DNA from: Myxococcales bacterium
GTDB taxonomy: Bacteria > Myxococcota_A > Polyangia > Polyangiales > DASUME01
Assembly (NCBI GenBank): GCA_047601445.1
Contig: JASGJH010000001.1
Span: 8,992,001-9,056,000 of the forward strand
DNA: 64,000 bases
Reading direction: 5' to 3'
In this document: positions 8,491 to 20,200 of the stretch, piece by piece
Numbering within the stretch: the first letter of the stretch is position 1
Layout: each line of letters opens with the position of its first letter
Translations under genes and position numbers: made by a program
The notes under the pieces: generated by a model
The model's database searches: none
What the model saw: the letters and a program-made list of their open reading frames with translations, nothing else
Told to the model about the DNA's origin: nothing

Positions 8491-10220
8491 GCGACGCGCA
8501 GCGCGAGGGGACGCAGGGGAAAGGGGCCACGCGTAATGCGGACTCCGTCGACGCCTCGCGCCCATCGCACGCCGAACCTTTGGGGCTCGAAGACGTGAGT
8601 TTCGAGCAAGACGAAGAGGGACCGACCTTGCCTCCTGAGGCTGCGTTCGAGAATGGCGCCGACGGCGAGGTGTCGCTCGCCCCCAAGCCGATCACGGCTC
8701 AGGTCGTGGGGCGCACCGACGTGGGCCTCGTGCGCGAGCACAACGAGGACAACTACCTGCTCGCGGATCTCTCCACGGGCAGCCGCGATTCCTCCACGTT
8801 CCACGAAGTCCCCATGGCGGGCCTGCTGCTGGGCGTGTGCGACGGCATGGGCGGCGCCGCGGCCGGCGAGGTGGCCAGTCAAATGGCTGTGGACACCATC
8901 TTCGAGATGATGCGCCGCAGCGTGCCCGCCAGCGATCGGGACGCCCTGGCCAGGGCTCTCGTGCGGGCCATCGAGGAAGCAGGCAGCCGCATCTTCGAGG
9001 CGGCGCGGGCCGACCGCAGCCGGCGCGGCATGGGCACTACCTCCACGATCGCCTCCCTGATGGACAAGACCTTGTTCGTCGGCCAGGTGGGAGACAGCCG
9101 GGCGTACATCTTGCGCGGCGGCGAGCTCAAGCAGATCACCAAGGACCAGAGCCTGGTGAACCAGTTGATCGAGGCCGGTCAGCTCACCGAGGACGAAGCC
9201 GAAGCCTTCGAGCACTCGAACATCATTTTGCAGGCGCTCGGCACCACCGAGCAGGTCAGCGTCGATCTCACGTTCCTGGAGCTGCGTCGGGGAGACCGTC
9301 TCTTGATGTGCTCCGACGGCCTGAGCGGCCTGGTGCACGGCGACGTCATCCGCGAAGTGATGGCGGAGTACAAGGACCTCGACGCCTGCTGTGAGCGCCT
9401 GATCGAGCTCGCCAAGGCGGGTGGCGGTCACGACAACGTGACCGTGATCCTCACCGAGTTCGGCGGCGAAGGTTTGGCTTTGCCGCAGACCGGCGACCTG
9501 GCCGGCTACCAGCAATACCCGCTGCCGCTCGATGGTGATCCGCGCAGCGCGGGCCCCATTCATAGCGAGGTTCCCACGCTGGCCCCTCCGGGCGCGCGGG
9601 GCCATGCAGGCGACGATGCGAACTACGGCGCGGGCGGCCAGGGGCCTTCGCGTGCCGCCTCGAGCGTGCGCTTCGTGGGACTTCTGGTGCTGCTCTTGGC
9701 AGCGCTCGGCGCCGCGTACTACTGGAGCGGCGCCGTCGACAGCCGCGCGCGCTCCCGGGACAACAACACCAACACGCAGCTGGTGGAGTTGCCGCCGAGT
9801 GAGACGCAGGGCCCTCCGCGTGTGGAAGTGGTCGTGCGCAGCGATGTCGAGGGCGGCGAGCTGTTCGTGGACGGCGAGAGCTACGGCAAGGCCGAGGGCG
9901 GCCGTTGGGTACTCGACCTGGTGCCAGGCCCGCACAAGCTCGAAGCGAAGGCCGGCGGCAGCACGGTGACCTCGTCGGTGGTGACCGTGCGCGAGGGCGT
10001 GCCGGCTACCGTCGTGCTCTCCATGCCCGAAGGGGCGGGCGCTTTCGGCGCCGACGCGGCGGCGCAGGCCGGTGCGGCGGACGACAAGGCTCGGGTCCAG
10101 CATAGCGAGCCTCTGGCTGAGACCGGAGATGGCGGCCTGAGCGATCGCGAAATGCGCCGCCGCAAGCGCCGCGCCGCACGCGACGCCAGCGGCGGCAGCG
10201 ACAAAGCGCCCACGCCCTGA
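8487..10220 (+). CDS. PP2C-family Ser/Thr phosphatase with TM helix and C-terminal PEGA-like domain
   Basis: TDVGLVREHNEDN, CDGMGG, VGDSRAY, CSDGL, GGHDNVT; TM FVGLLVLLLAALGAAYYW; ATGA overlap with the FHA gene. Confidence 0.92.
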   Translation: MSDAQREGTQGKGATRNADSVDASRPSHAEPLGLEDVSFEQDEEGPTLPPEAAFENGADGEVSLAPKPITAQVVGRTDVGLVREHNEDNYLLADLSTGSRDSSTFHEVPMAGLLLGVCDGMGGAAAGEVASQMAVDTIFEMMRRSVPASDRDALARALVRAIEEAGSRIFEAARADRSRRGMGTTSTIASLMDKTLFVGQVGDSRAYILRGGELKQITKDQSLVNQLIEAGQLTEDEAEAFEHSNIILQALGTTEQVSVDLTFLELRRGDRLLMCSDGLSGLVHGDVIREVMAEYKDLDACCERLIELAKAGGGHDNVTVILTEFGGEGLALPQTGDLAGYQQYPLPLDGDPRSAGPIHSEVPTLAPPGARGHAGDDANYGAGGQGPSRAASSVRFVGLLVLLLAALGAAYYWSGAVDSRARSRDNNTNTQLVELPPSETQGPPRVEVVVRSDVEGGELFVDGESYGKAEGGRWVLDLVPGPHKLEAKAGGSTVTSSVVTVREGVPATVVLSMPEGAGAFGADAAAQAGAADDKARVQHSEPLAETGDGGLSDREMRRRKRRAARDASGGSDKAPTP

Positions 10221-10361
10221 GCTCGAGTCCGCTGAGCCTACCTTGCCGGCGGACCTGCCCGTTTCGACTCTGTCGCTTTTTTGACCGCACGATCCCGCAC
10301 CGGTAACCAACGTGTTGCGCGGATCCCAGGCGGGAATGCCTCGGCCGCGAGTCGGAGGGTG

Positions 10362-10968
10362 GATGACGGCTGGTGCTCGGATCACCGATGCGGTGACCCA
10401 TTTCGCGCGACGCGGCAATTTCCGCAGCGCCGTCAAGTTGGTGCGTACGAGGCCGCCGGAGCGCCTGCGCTGGCGTGCGGCAGTGGGCACCCTGACGCTC
10501 GACGCGGGACGCTTGCTCGGGACGGATCGCATGCGGCTCGAGGAGCCCATTCGCGAGCTGGTACTCGATCTGGACGACCTGTTCTTGAAGCGTGAGATCG
10601 TGCTCGACGCGCGGCTGCATCGCGTGGACCTGGACCGCGGCGAAGTCTTGCCGCGCTGGACCCTGGGTGATCTGCGCAGGCTCTCGTTCCTGGCGCGCAC
10701 GGAGCTCGATCCGCTGCGTCGCTATGTGGCGCTGCCGACCTCCTTCGAAGCCCAAATCGACACTGCCGCCGTGGTCCTGGCTGGTCGCGCCTTCGCCAAC
10801 GCCCACCGCCAGCGCGCGGAGCGCCTGTGGCTGAGTGTTCCTGACCAGGACGGTCCCGAGCCCCTCAAGCTGCATCAGCGCTACATCCTCGAGCGCGCCG
10901 ATCTGGAGGCCGAGCGCAGCAAGCGTTGGGCCGCCCTTGCCAAGACGCTCGCGTCGCAGCCCGCCTGA
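10362..10968 (+). CDS. Hypothetical protein
   Basis: GC3-biased ORF; GGAGG SD before ATG 10362. Confidence 0.7.
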
Positions 10969-10974
10969 GCACGC

Positions 10975-12540
10975 TCAGGCAGTCACGCCGCGTACGCACG
11001 AGGCGAGCCATGAAAGCGTGGCTTCCGCCCGCGCTTGGGCCGCAGCGAGAGGCTCGTCGGGGCTCACGCTCTCCGACGCCTCCAGGTAGAACTTGAGCTT
11101 GGGCTCGGTGCCGCTCGGACGCACGCAGATGCGCCCGCGCGCGCCAACCCTGAAGATGAGCAAGTCGGCGCGCTCCTCCCGCTGCAGGTAGTCCTCGCGG
11201 GTGGTCTCAGCGTCCAGCCAGTCGCGCGGGGCGCGTTGTCGCAAGTCGCTCAAGATGGCGCGCGTCCTATCCATCCCGCTCGCCCCGCCTGCGCTCACGG
11301 TGAGCTGGCGGCTCGCGAACAGTCCGTGCGTGCGCGCCAGGCGCTCCAGCTGCTGCTCGAAGCCGATTCCATGGGCGCGCAGTTTGCGCGCGAGCTGCAG
11401 CAATACGTAGAGCGCCGCGATACCGTCCTTGTCATCTCCCAGGGCACCGAAGCAGTAGCCGAGTGCCTCTTCGTAGCCGAACAGATAACGCAGTCCACGT
11501 TCCCGCTCGAGCCTGCGCCCACCTGCAGTGATCCACTTGAATCCTGTCAGAGTGCGTTCGAAGTGCGCGCCGAAATGCGTGGCGATGCGCTCGACAAGGC
11601 CCCCGCTCACCAGTGTGGAGATGATCGCGACCTGCCCTGGCTCCGGCTCTTGATCAAGCAGATAGTCGGCCAACAACGCACCGATTTCGTCGCCGCTGAG
11701 CGCCCTGAGCTTCCCTTCGTTCCCGCGCGCCACGACCGCCAAACGATCGGCGTCTGGGTCGTGGCAGAAGCCGAGCTCGGCACCGATCTCGCTGCTCAGC
11801 CGGACGAGCTCGACGAGGGCTTCGGCGTGCTCGGGATTCGGCGAGCGCAAGCCGCCAAAATCCGCGCGCGGTGTCGCCTGCGAGGGCACCTCGATGAGCA
11901 TTGCTCCGGTACGCTGGGCGAGTGCCCGCGTGAGCTTGGTGCCCACGCCGCAGAGCGCGCTGTACCCCACCTTGGGCAAGGGCTCCGGTCGCGTCGGCAC
12001 CAACGCCAAGACGGCGTCGAGATAGGCCCGCTGCTCGTCTCCGCCCAAGTCGTACAACTGACCGCTGGCGCGCGCCGCGTCCAGATCCATCGGAGCCCTG
12101 GAGGGACCGCCGCTGACGCCGATACGGCGCGCAATCTCGGCGTCGTGGGGGGGCAGGATCTGCGCGCCCCCTTGCCAGTAAACTTTGATCCCGTTGTCCG
12201 CAGGAGGATTGTGGCTGGCTGTCACCATCAGGCCCAGCGCCGCGCCGTGGAGCTGCGTAGTGAACGCCAGCAGCGGTGTGGGGACCACGTCCTCGAACAT
12301 CCGCACAACGAAGCCCTCGGCCAGGGCCACACCGGCGAGTACGTGGGCGAACTCCCGGCTCCCGGTGCGCCCATCGAACCCGATGCAGAGGCCTTTGCTT
12401 CGCGAGTTAGCGTCCAGCGCGCCCACGTACTCACAAACGGCCAGCCCCACCACCGCCACGGTGCGTGAGTTGAGCTCGTCGTCCCCGTCCCCGAGAGGAG
12501 CTCGAATGCCTGCCGTTCCGAACGAGAGTCGTGCGCCCAT
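10975..12540 (-). CDS. Phosphoglucomutase/phosphomannomutase (phospho-sugar mutase)
   Basis: FGTAGIR, TASHNP, DPDADR, TLTGFKW, YEEALGY, RPSGTEPKLKFY. Confidence 0.95.
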   Translation of the reverse strand: MGARLSFGTAGIRAPLGDGDDELNSRTVAVVGLAVCEYVGALDANSRSKGLCIGFDGRTGSREFAHVLAGVALAEGFVVRMFEDVVPTPLLAFTTQLHGAALGLMVTASHNPPADNGIKVYWQGGAQILPPHDAEIARRIGVSGGPSRAPMDLDAARASGQLYDLGGDEQRAYLDAVLALVPTRPEPLPKVGYSALCGVGTKLTRALAQRTGAMLIEVPSQATPRADFGGLRSPNPEHAEALVELVRLSSEIGAELGFCHDPDADRLAVVARGNEGKLRALSGDEIGALLADYLLDQEPEPGQVAIISTLVSGGLVERIATHFGAHFERTLTGFKWITAGGRRLERERGLRYLFGYEEALGYCFGALGDDKDGIAALYVLLQLARKLRAHGIGFEQQLERLARTHGLFASRQLTVSAGGASGMDRTRAILSDLRQRAPRDWLDAETTREDYLQREERADLLIFRVGARGRICVRPSGTEPKLKFYLEASESVSPDEPLAAAQARAEATLSWLASCVRGVTA

Positions 12541-12560
12541 GTTTCCGCGATTCTATCGCG

Positions 12561-14423
12561 TCAGCCCACGATGTCGTCCACCTGCACTTCGACGCCCGCC
12601 ATGGCCAGCAAGCGCAAAGCGTTGCTCGTGCGCACCACGCCGTCCCGCAGCTTGAAGTCGAACTTCATCTCGCCGTGCTCGAACACATCGGTGAAGTGGA
12701 CGTTGCCGACCTGACCGGGTCGTTCGCGCTCTAGCTCGGAGAGCGCCACATCGTGGGTCGCCACGAGGCCCATGGCTCCCCGCGAGAGCAGGTGCAGAAT
12801 CACCGCTCGCGCGCCCTGATGTCGCGCCCTGGCGTTGGTGCCCCTGAGCAGCTCGTCGAGCAGAAACAGCACAGGAGGCTCGCGGTCGAGCTCCCCCACC
12901 ACCATGCGCAAGCGCGTGAGCTCGGCGTGGAAATAGCTGGCCCCACGCTGCAGGGAGTCCTCGATGCGCATGCTTGCGCGCAGGCGCACCAAGGGCAGCG
13001 CGAACCTGCGCGCGCAGACCGGCCCCCCTGCCAGAGCCAGCGCCACGTTCAGGCCGAGCGCCCTCAGCAGGGTGCTCTTGCCCGCCATGTTGGAGCCTGT
13101 GACCACGAGCGCGGCAGAGGGTGACAGCTTCGGCAGATCGTTCGCGATGCGCGAGCCCACCGGGATCAGCGGGTGCACCAGGCCCTCCGCCACGAGCCCT
13201 TGCTCCTTGCTTACCAGGGCCGGAAAGCTGGCGTCGGGGTCCACGTGATGCAGGGTGGCGAAGGAGGATAGGAGCTCCACCTCGCCGATGGCCTTGAACC
13301 AGCGCTCGGAGGCCGGCCCCACGTCGTCCACGAAGCGTTCGATGCGCTCGAGCACGAACAGGTCCCACAGCGTGAGCACGTTGACGACCAGGTACACTGG
13401 CCCCTGGGTCCGCAGCTGCCCATAGCCCTCGTAGCGCGCGAGGCGCGCCATGTGCGCGGAGGGCGAGAGTCCTTTCACATCCAGGCCCGCGCGCAGGTCC
13501 CGCAAATAGGGCGCTTGCCAGCGCTCCTCCTCCAGCAAGCGCAGCATGTGCTCGTAGGCCTGCGCGAAGCCGAGGCGCGCCGTGATCAGATCGAGCGTGG
13601 CGTGCACGGGGCCGCTCAGCCTGTAGAGCAAGACCCCCTGCGCGAACAAGCACGCCCAGAACACCCGGCCGTCGAGCATGCCCAGCTGGGACAGCACAAA
13701 GCTCGCCGTAGTCGCACTCAAGAGGACGAAGGCCAAAGGCTTGAGCCAGGGGCGCGTCGCGAACACGCGAGGCATCTCGAGCAGGGCCATGAACGGACGG
13801 TGGTCGAGCTTCTCGTTCCGCCTCTGGTGCACCGCCCCGCGCACCTCGAATTCCTCGCGGAAGGTCGGCTTGCCGCTCAGCTCGAGCACAGCCGCTTGGC
13901 GCGCGTGGATCACCTCCAGCGTGGCCGGCGCGCTCAGTGCCTGGGCCAGGGCGGTCTCTCCTTCGGCCGTTTGCGACACGTCGATGCGCTGGAACAACGA
14001 GCCCGCGCCCACCAAGTCGATGTCGCTGGCGTACGGGTGCTCTGCGGGGAGGTGGTTGCGCCCATCTTTGGCCGTGGCGAGCTGCTCACCGCGAATGCGC
14101 TTCAGGTGGCGTTCGTGAATGGCGATCCGAACGTCGACCTCGTGGCGCTTGGCGAGCACCCGAGCGTGCCAGACCACCGCGCCGAAGAAGCCCAAGCCGA
14201 GGCCCGCTCCCACCAACCAGGCCAGCGGCACGCCGCGGCTCACAGCCGTGGTGATCGCCGCCGCGGCCGCCAGGAATAGGGCGAGACGAAGCAAGGAAAG
14301 GCGCGTCTCCTGGGCACTCAGGGCGGCGCGTTCGCGTCCGAGCTGCGTGACGCGCTCCGTGTGAGAGCGCAAGCGTTCTTCGAGGGAGCTCACGCTGGCT
14401 TCATAGCGCACCCGCTGAGCCAT
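12561..14423 (-). CDS. Membrane-anchored MutS-related ATPase (MutS domain V only)
   Basis: TGSNMAGKST Walker A, SYFHAEL, LDELLRGTN, ATHD; N-terminal TM segments. Confidence 0.9.
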   Translation of the reverse strand: MAQRVRYEASVSSLEERLRSHTERVTQLGRERAALSAQETRLSLLRLALFLAAAAAITTAVSRGVPLAWLVGAGLGLGFFGAVVWHARVLAKRHEVDVRIAIHERHLKRIRGEQLATAKDGRNHLPAEHPYASDIDLVGAGSLFQRIDVSQTAEGETALAQALSAPATLEVIHARQAAVLELSGKPTFREEFEVRGAVHQRRNEKLDHRPFMALLEMPRVFATRPWLKPLAFVLLSATTASFVLSQLGMLDGRVFWACLFAQGVLLYRLSGPVHATLDLITARLGFAQAYEHMLRLLEEERWQAPYLRDLRAGLDVKGLSPSAHMARLARYEGYGQLRTQGPVYLVVNVLTLWDLFVLERIERFVDDVGPASERWFKAIGEVELLSSFATLHHVDPDASFPALVSKEQGLVAEGLVHPLIPVGSRIANDLPKLSPSAALVVTGSNMAGKSTLLRALGLNVALALAGGPVCARRFALPLVRLRASMRIEDSLQRGASYFHAELTRLRMVVGELDREPPVLFLLDELLRGTNARARHQGARAVILHLLSRGAMGLVATHDVALSELERERPGQVGNVHFTDVFEHGEMKFDFKLRDGVVRTSNALRLLAMAGVEVQVDDIVG

Positions 14424-14522
14424 GCCCTTACAGAGCGGTGCGCGCCTCGGAATAGCAGGCGTGAATCCCGCGTTGGGAGCCCAAAAGCGAAGAACCTTGC
14501 TATGCTCCAATCAACCTCAGGA

Positions 14523-15059
14523 ATGGCTTCGACACGTCGAGAGGGCACGAGTTTGCGCAGGGGCGTGCTGTGGGTGAGCGCCGCGCTCGCAGCGCTCGGA
14601 ATCTACTGGATCGCGCGTGCGTTCGTGGTCGACGGACACGTGCGCTTCGGCAACCCCGTGGGCGAGGTCTTGAGCGAGCTCCCGTCCACGTTGGCCGCTC
14701 CGCTGCAGATTCGCGCGGAGGTCACGCTGGTCAAGGGGGAGTGCGGAGTTAGCGCCGGAGACAAGTGCGAGTTCCTGGTGGAGCAGCGGGCACGCGGAGA
14801 GGGCACCTTCTATTGCAACGCCCAGGTGACCTGCGCGGGCCGCCTGCTCTACGGTGGCCCCGACCGCGGTTACTTCGCCTGCCGCTTCTTCGAGACCCCT
14901 CAGCGTGGCGTCATGGGCAGCGATCCGAGCACCACCGGTTCGGATCAAGATGCGGCCATCCACCTCGACACACGCTCCGGCGTTCTCCGCATTTGGGATG
15001 ACGGGCGCGGCCCCCACGGCGCCTTCACGGTCGAGGCCGACGTTCTCTCCGCGCAATAG
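14523..15059 (+). CDS. Single-pass membrane protein with Cys-containing extracytoplasmic domain
   Basis: TM GVLWVSAALAALGIYWIA; five Cys in the C-terminal beta domain. Confidence 0.7.
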   Translation: MASTRREGTSLRRGVLWVSAALAALGIYWIARAFVVDGHVRFGNPVGEVLSELPSTLAAPLQIRAEVTLVKGECGVSAGDKCEFLVEQRARGEGTFYCNAQVTCAGRLLYGGPDRGYFACRFFETPQRGVMGSDPSTTGSDQDAAIHLDTRSGVLRIWDDGRGPHGAFTVEADVLSAQ

Positions 15060-15065
15060 GGCAGG

Positions 15066-16469
15066 TCACGGCAACACGAGGCGTTCGACCTGGTCGGGAC
15101 TCTTCTCGAGCGCGGCGGTAAGGACCTCAGGGCCTGCGGTCGTCACGAGCACGTCGTCCTCGATGCGGATGCCGCGCACGTCCGCGTAGCGCGCAAGGCG
15201 TGTTCGATCGATGGCGTCCGCCCTGAGCCCCACGCGCGCAGGATCGGCGAGCAGCGAAGGCACCTGGTAAAAGCCGGGTTCGACGGTCACCACCATGCCC
15301 GGCTCGAGATCGCGATCCAGTCTCAAGTAGGAGAGCCCGAATTGCTGGCTTCGTACGCGGCCACTCGCGTAGCCCGCTAGGTCGCCCAGGTCTTCCATGT
15401 CGTGCACGTCGAGTCCCAAGAGGTGCCCCACGCCGTGCGGGAAAAACAGGGCATATGTGCCGTCTTCCACCAGCGCATCCACCTCGCCCCTCAGCACCCC
15501 GAGTTGACACAGACCGTCGACCAGCACGCGCGCCGCCGTCAAATGCACGTCGCGATAGCGCACGCCCGGCGCCAGTTTGGCGATGGCGGCTTCCTGCATC
15601 GCGAGCACGAGCTCGTACAACTCACGCTGGCTCGACGAGAAGCGGCCCGAGACCGGCCAAGTGCGGGTGATGTCGGAGGCGTATCCGGTGTCGCTCTCGG
15701 AGCCTACGTCGGCCAGCAAGAGGTCGCCCGCCTGCAGGGCGTGGTGGTGGTGATGGTTGTGCAGCACTTCACCGTGGACGGTGACGATCGAGCCGTAGGC
15801 CGTTCCAAAGCCAGCGCGCCCGCACACCGCCTCCATCGCAGCGCAAACCTCGCGCTCGAACCCGGCGCCGCGCGTGGCGGCCATGCCCGCGCGATGGGCT
15901 GCCACGCTCACGCTGGCTGCCCGCCGCAGCTCGGTCAGTGCTTCCGCGTCGTGGACCAGGCGCAAGGCGATCATGGCCAGCGCCAGCGCGTGGTCGGCGT
16001 CCTTGGCTTGCACAGGACGCGCAGCGCGCACGGCTCGCACGCTCGCGAGGCCTTGAGCGTGCATGCACGGCGTCAGCGCCGGGATGCGATCCCCCAGGGC
16101 GGTGCTCAACTCGCTCAGCGCTCGCACCTCCAGGCCCAGAGCTGCTGCCAGCGCTGCGCGGCCGGGCAGCGGACCGTGCCAGAGGTCATCGAAGGCGTCG
16201 CGTTCGGGCACGAACAAGGTGGCACCCGCCTCGTCCAGCAGCACCACGGCGCCCTCGAGGCCGTGGCCCACCAGGTACAGGAAGTGGCTCGAGGCGCGGA
16301 AGGCGTAGGTGTTGCCTGGGTAGTTGCGGGAGGCCGGGACGCCCGCGGGGATCAGCGCGGCAAGCCGACCTAGGCGGCCGGACAGGGCGGCTCGGCGGCG
16401 GGCGCAGGCGGCCAGCAGGGCGGTGGCGGGCAGGCCGTCGGCGGCCCCGATGAGCGATTCGTTGAGCAC
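15066..16469 (-). CDS. pepP: Xaa-Pro aminopeptidase (M24B); start uncertain
   Basis: GYASDITRTWP, FPHGVGHLLGLDVHD, VTVEPGFY, GIRIEDDVLV. Confidence 0.92.
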   Translation of the reverse strand: MLNESLIGAADGLPATALLAACARRRAALSGRLGRLAALIPAGVPASRNYPGNTYAFRASSHFLYLVGHGLEGAVVLLDEAGATLFVPERDAFDDLWHGPLPGRAALAAALGLEVRALSELSTALGDRIPALTPCMHAQGLASVRAVRAARPVQAKDADHALALAMIALRLVHDAEALTELRRAASVSVAAHRAGMAATRGAGFEREVCAAMEAVCGRAGFGTAYGSIVTVHGEVLHNHHHHHALQAGDLLLADVGSESDTGYASDITRTWPVSGRFSSSQRELYELVLAMQEAAIAKLAPGVRYRDVHLTAARVLVDGLCQLGVLRGEVDALVEDGTYALFFPHGVGHLLGLDVHDMEDLGDLAGYASGRVRSQQFGLSYLRLDRDLEPGMVVTVEPGFYQVPSLLADPARVGLRADAIDRTRLARYADVRGIRIEDDVLVTTAGPEVLTAALEKSPDQVERLVLP

Positions 16470-16660
16470 AGCGCAGTATATCCGCGGCCGGGAGGGAACA
16501 GGTAAGTGCGTGTTTGTGAGGCGCCTTAGGCCTTTCTGTGCTGTTTCCAGTCCGTAAAAAGCGACGGGGATTTCGACAAAAACGCCCATCGTCCGAACAC
16601 TTCAATTGACTGCTGCCAACCGTACCCCATAACTGTTCGGTTCCGGACCCGAGCGGACTC

Positions 16661-17212
16661 ATGAAATTAGGCGACACCCAGCTCGACGAAACTGACCGCC
16701 GCATCCTGGCCCAGCTACAGGAGGACTGTAAAGTTCCCCTGGCTCATGTCGGCAAGCGTGTGGGTCTATCCGCGCCCTCGGTCATGGAGCGGATTCGTAG
16801 GCTCGAAGAAGCCGGCATCGTGACCGGTTACTGCGCCCTGGTGGATTCGCGGCGCGTCGGCCTCGATGTGACGGCCTTTATCGGCATCTCGATGACCCCC
16901 ACGGCCATCGATCGCTTCGAGTCGCAGCTCGAGCACGTGGACGAGGTGTTGGAGTGCCACCACGTGACGGGCGCTTACACCATGTTGCTCAAGGTCAAGA
17001 CCCAGAACACCCAGACGCTCGAGCGGTTGATCAGCCGCTTGCGTTTGATGGATGGTGTGCTCAGAAGCGAAACCCTCGTCGTGCTGTCCACGCGCATGGA
17101 GCGCACCCAGTTGTCCTTGGGGATTCACGCCGACGACCCCCTGCCTGCTAAGCGAGCCAACGGCTCGAATCACAAAGATTCCAAAGTAAACGCTGAGAGC
17201 GAAGGCGAATGA
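16661..17212 (+). CDS. Lrp/AsnC-family transcriptional regulator
   Basis: [43 protein letters not shown]. Confidence 0.95.
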   Translation: MKLGDTQLDETDRRILAQLQEDCKVPLAHVGKRVGLSAPSVMERIRRLEEAGIVTGYCALVDSRRVGLDVTAFIGISMTPTAIDRFESQLEHVDEVLECHHVTGAYTMLLKVKTQNTQTLERLISRLRLMDGVLRSETLVVLSTRMERTQLSLGIHADDPLPAKRANGSNHKDSKVNAESEGE

Positions 17213-17276
17213 GGCACCGCGAGCGGTGCTTGCAACTCGGAACGCGCGCGCTGCGCGTCAAGAAGGAGCGACTGTG

Positions 17277-20200
17277 ATGACTGCACCCTGGGAGCTCATC
17301 AAAGAGGCAAGCGAGAAGGGCCTCTATCGCCCAGAGACCGAGCACGATGCCTGCGGCGTCGGGTTCGTTGCGAACATCAAGGGCGTGCGCTCCCACGCGA
17401 TCGTGGAGCAGGCCCTGCAGGTGCTCGCCCACATGGAGCATCGCGGAGGTTGTGGCTGCGACCCACTGACCAGCGACGGCGCGGGCATCCTGTTCCAGAT
17501 TCCCTTCCGCTTCATGGGGGAAGAGGCCAAGCGACTCGGCTTCAGCCTGCCGCGCCCCGGTCAGTACGGCCTCGGCATGGTGTTCTTGCCCCAGGACGAA
17601 GAGAAGCGTGACGAGTGCATTCAGCTCGTGGACCGCGTCATCCGCAAGGAGTCCCAGACGCTGCTCGGCTGGCGCGACGTGCCAGTGGACGTGTCCAAGG
17701 CGGGCCCGCTGGCGCTCGAGTCCCTGCCCGTGATCCGTCAGCTCTTCATCAAGGGCAACGAGCAGGTCGATGACGAGCGTGAGCTCGAGCGTCGGCTCTA
17801 CGTGGTGCGCAAGCGCATCGAGCAGGTGGCGCGCGAGGCAGGCCTGTCGGGTCCCGGCGGCGGCTTCTACATCTGTTCGTTCTCGTCGCGCACGGTGGTC
17901 TACAAGGGTTTGCTCCTGCCCGAGCAGATGTCGCCCTTCTTCCTCGACCTGCAGGACCCGCGCGTGGAGAGCGCGCTGGCGGTGGTGCACTCGCGCTTCA
18001 GCACGAACACCTTCCCCACCTGGGAGCGTTCGCACCCCTACCGCATGATCGCCCACAACGGCGAGATCAACACCCTGCGCGGCAACGTGAACTGGATGCA
18101 CGCGCGCGAGAAGGCGCTCGAGTCTCCGCTGTTCGGCGACGACCTCGACAAGCTCACGCCCGTGATCGACGACAACGGCTCGGACTCGGCGATGTTCGAC
18201 AACGCCCTCGAGTTCCTGGTGCAGACCGGTCGCGAGCTGCCCCACGCCATGATGATGATGATCCCCGAGGCGTGGCAGAAGCACGAGAGCATGTCGGAGG
18301 AGGAGCGGGCTTTCTACCGCTACCACGCCTGCTTGATCGAGCCCTGGGACGGTCCGGCCTCCATGGCCTTCACCGATGGCCGTGTGATCGGCGCCTGTCT
18401 GGACCGCAACGGTCTGCGTCCCTCGCGCTTCTACGTCACGCACGACGACATGGTGATCATGGCGTCCGAGGCGGGCGTGCTGCCCGTGGATCCCAAGAAC
18501 GTCAAGTTCAAGAACCGTCTGCAGCCCGGCCGCATGTTCCTGGTGGACACCGAGGCTGGTCGCATCATCGACGACCGCGAGCTCAAGCAGCGTATGGCGG
18601 CACGTAAGCCCTACCAGGCGTGGCTCAAGGAGAACCTGCTCACGCTCGAGGACCTGCCCACGCCGGTCGCCAAGCGCGAGTCGCTGTTCCCGCCGGCCTC
18701 GCCCGATCGCCGCATGTCCGACATGCAGATGCACGGCTACTCCATGGAGGATCTGGACGTGCTGATCGCGCCGATGGCGCAGAACGGCGAGGAACCCACG
18801 GGGTCCATGGGCAACGACACGCCCCTGGCCGTGTTGTCCGACCGTCCGCAGGTCCTGTTCCAGTACTTCAAGCAGTTGTTCGCCCAGGTGACCAACCCGC
18901 CGATCGACCCGATCCGCGAGGAGTTGGTGATGTCTCTCAAGACGTACCTCGGCGCGCACGCGAACCTGTTCGCCGAGACGCCTGCCCACAGCCGCTTGAT
19001 CGAGCTCGATCACCCGGTGCTCACCAACGAGGAGCTCGAGAAGCTGCGCGGCCTCGAGGACGAGGAGAACAACAACGGCAGCGTGAAGGACTTCCGCTCC
19101 GCCACGCTCAACGCGACCTTCCGCGCCGACAAGCACGGCGATGGACTGGCGCGCGCGCTCGACAAGCTGTGCCGCGACGCCTCGGACGCCATCGAAGACG
19201 GCGTCAGCGTGATCATCCTGTCGGACCGGGCGGCCAACGAGAAGATGGCCCCCATCCCCAGCCTGCTGGCCGTGTCCGCCGTGCACCATCACCTGATGCG
19301 CGTCGGCACCCGCACCAAGTGCGGTCTGGTGGTGGAGTCCGGTGAGCCCCGCGAGGTGCACCACTTCGCGTTGCTGGTCGGCTACGGCGCCAGCGCGGTG
19401 AACCCCTACCTCGCCTACGAGGCCATCGACCAGCTCATCGAGCAGGGCACGGTGAAGCTGCCGCGTGACAAGGCCATCTACAACTACCGCAAGGCGGTGG
19501 GTAAGGGCCTGCTCAAGGTGATGAGCAAGATGGGCATCAGCACCCTGCAGAGCTATCAGGGCGCCCAGATCTTCGAGGCCATCGGGCTCAAGAAGGACTT
19601 CGTCGACCGCTACTTCACCTGGACCCCCACCCGCATCGAGGGCGTGGGTCTCGAGGTCATCGCCGAGGAGTCCCGTCGTCGTCACCACTACGCGTTCCAG
19701 GTGCGGCTGCACCTGTTCGATCCACTCGACCCCGGTGGTCAGTACAAGTGGCGTCGCCGCGGTGAGCGCCACCAGTACAACCCGGAGACCGTGCCCGCGC
19801 TGCAGCACGCGGTGCGCGCCGGCAGCTACAAGATGTGGAAGAAGTACTCGGACCTCGTTCACGAGGAGAACCAGCGCCTCTTCACCATCCGCGGCCTGTT
19901 GACCTTCAAGGAAGGCGAGTCCGTGCCGTTGGCCGAGGTCGAGCCCGCCACGGAGATCGTCAAGCGCTTCAAGACGGGCGCCATGTCGTTCGGCTCCATC
20001 TCGAAGGAAGCCCACGAGAACCTGGCCATCGCCATGAACCGCCTCGGCGGTCGCTCGAACACGGGCGAGGGCGGCGAAGACCCGTCCCGCTACATCCCCG
20101 ACGCCAACGGCGACTCGCGTCGTTCGGCCATCAAGCAGGTGGCCTCGGGGCGCTTCGGCGTCACCTCGCACTACCTGGTCAACGCGGACGAGCTCCAGAT

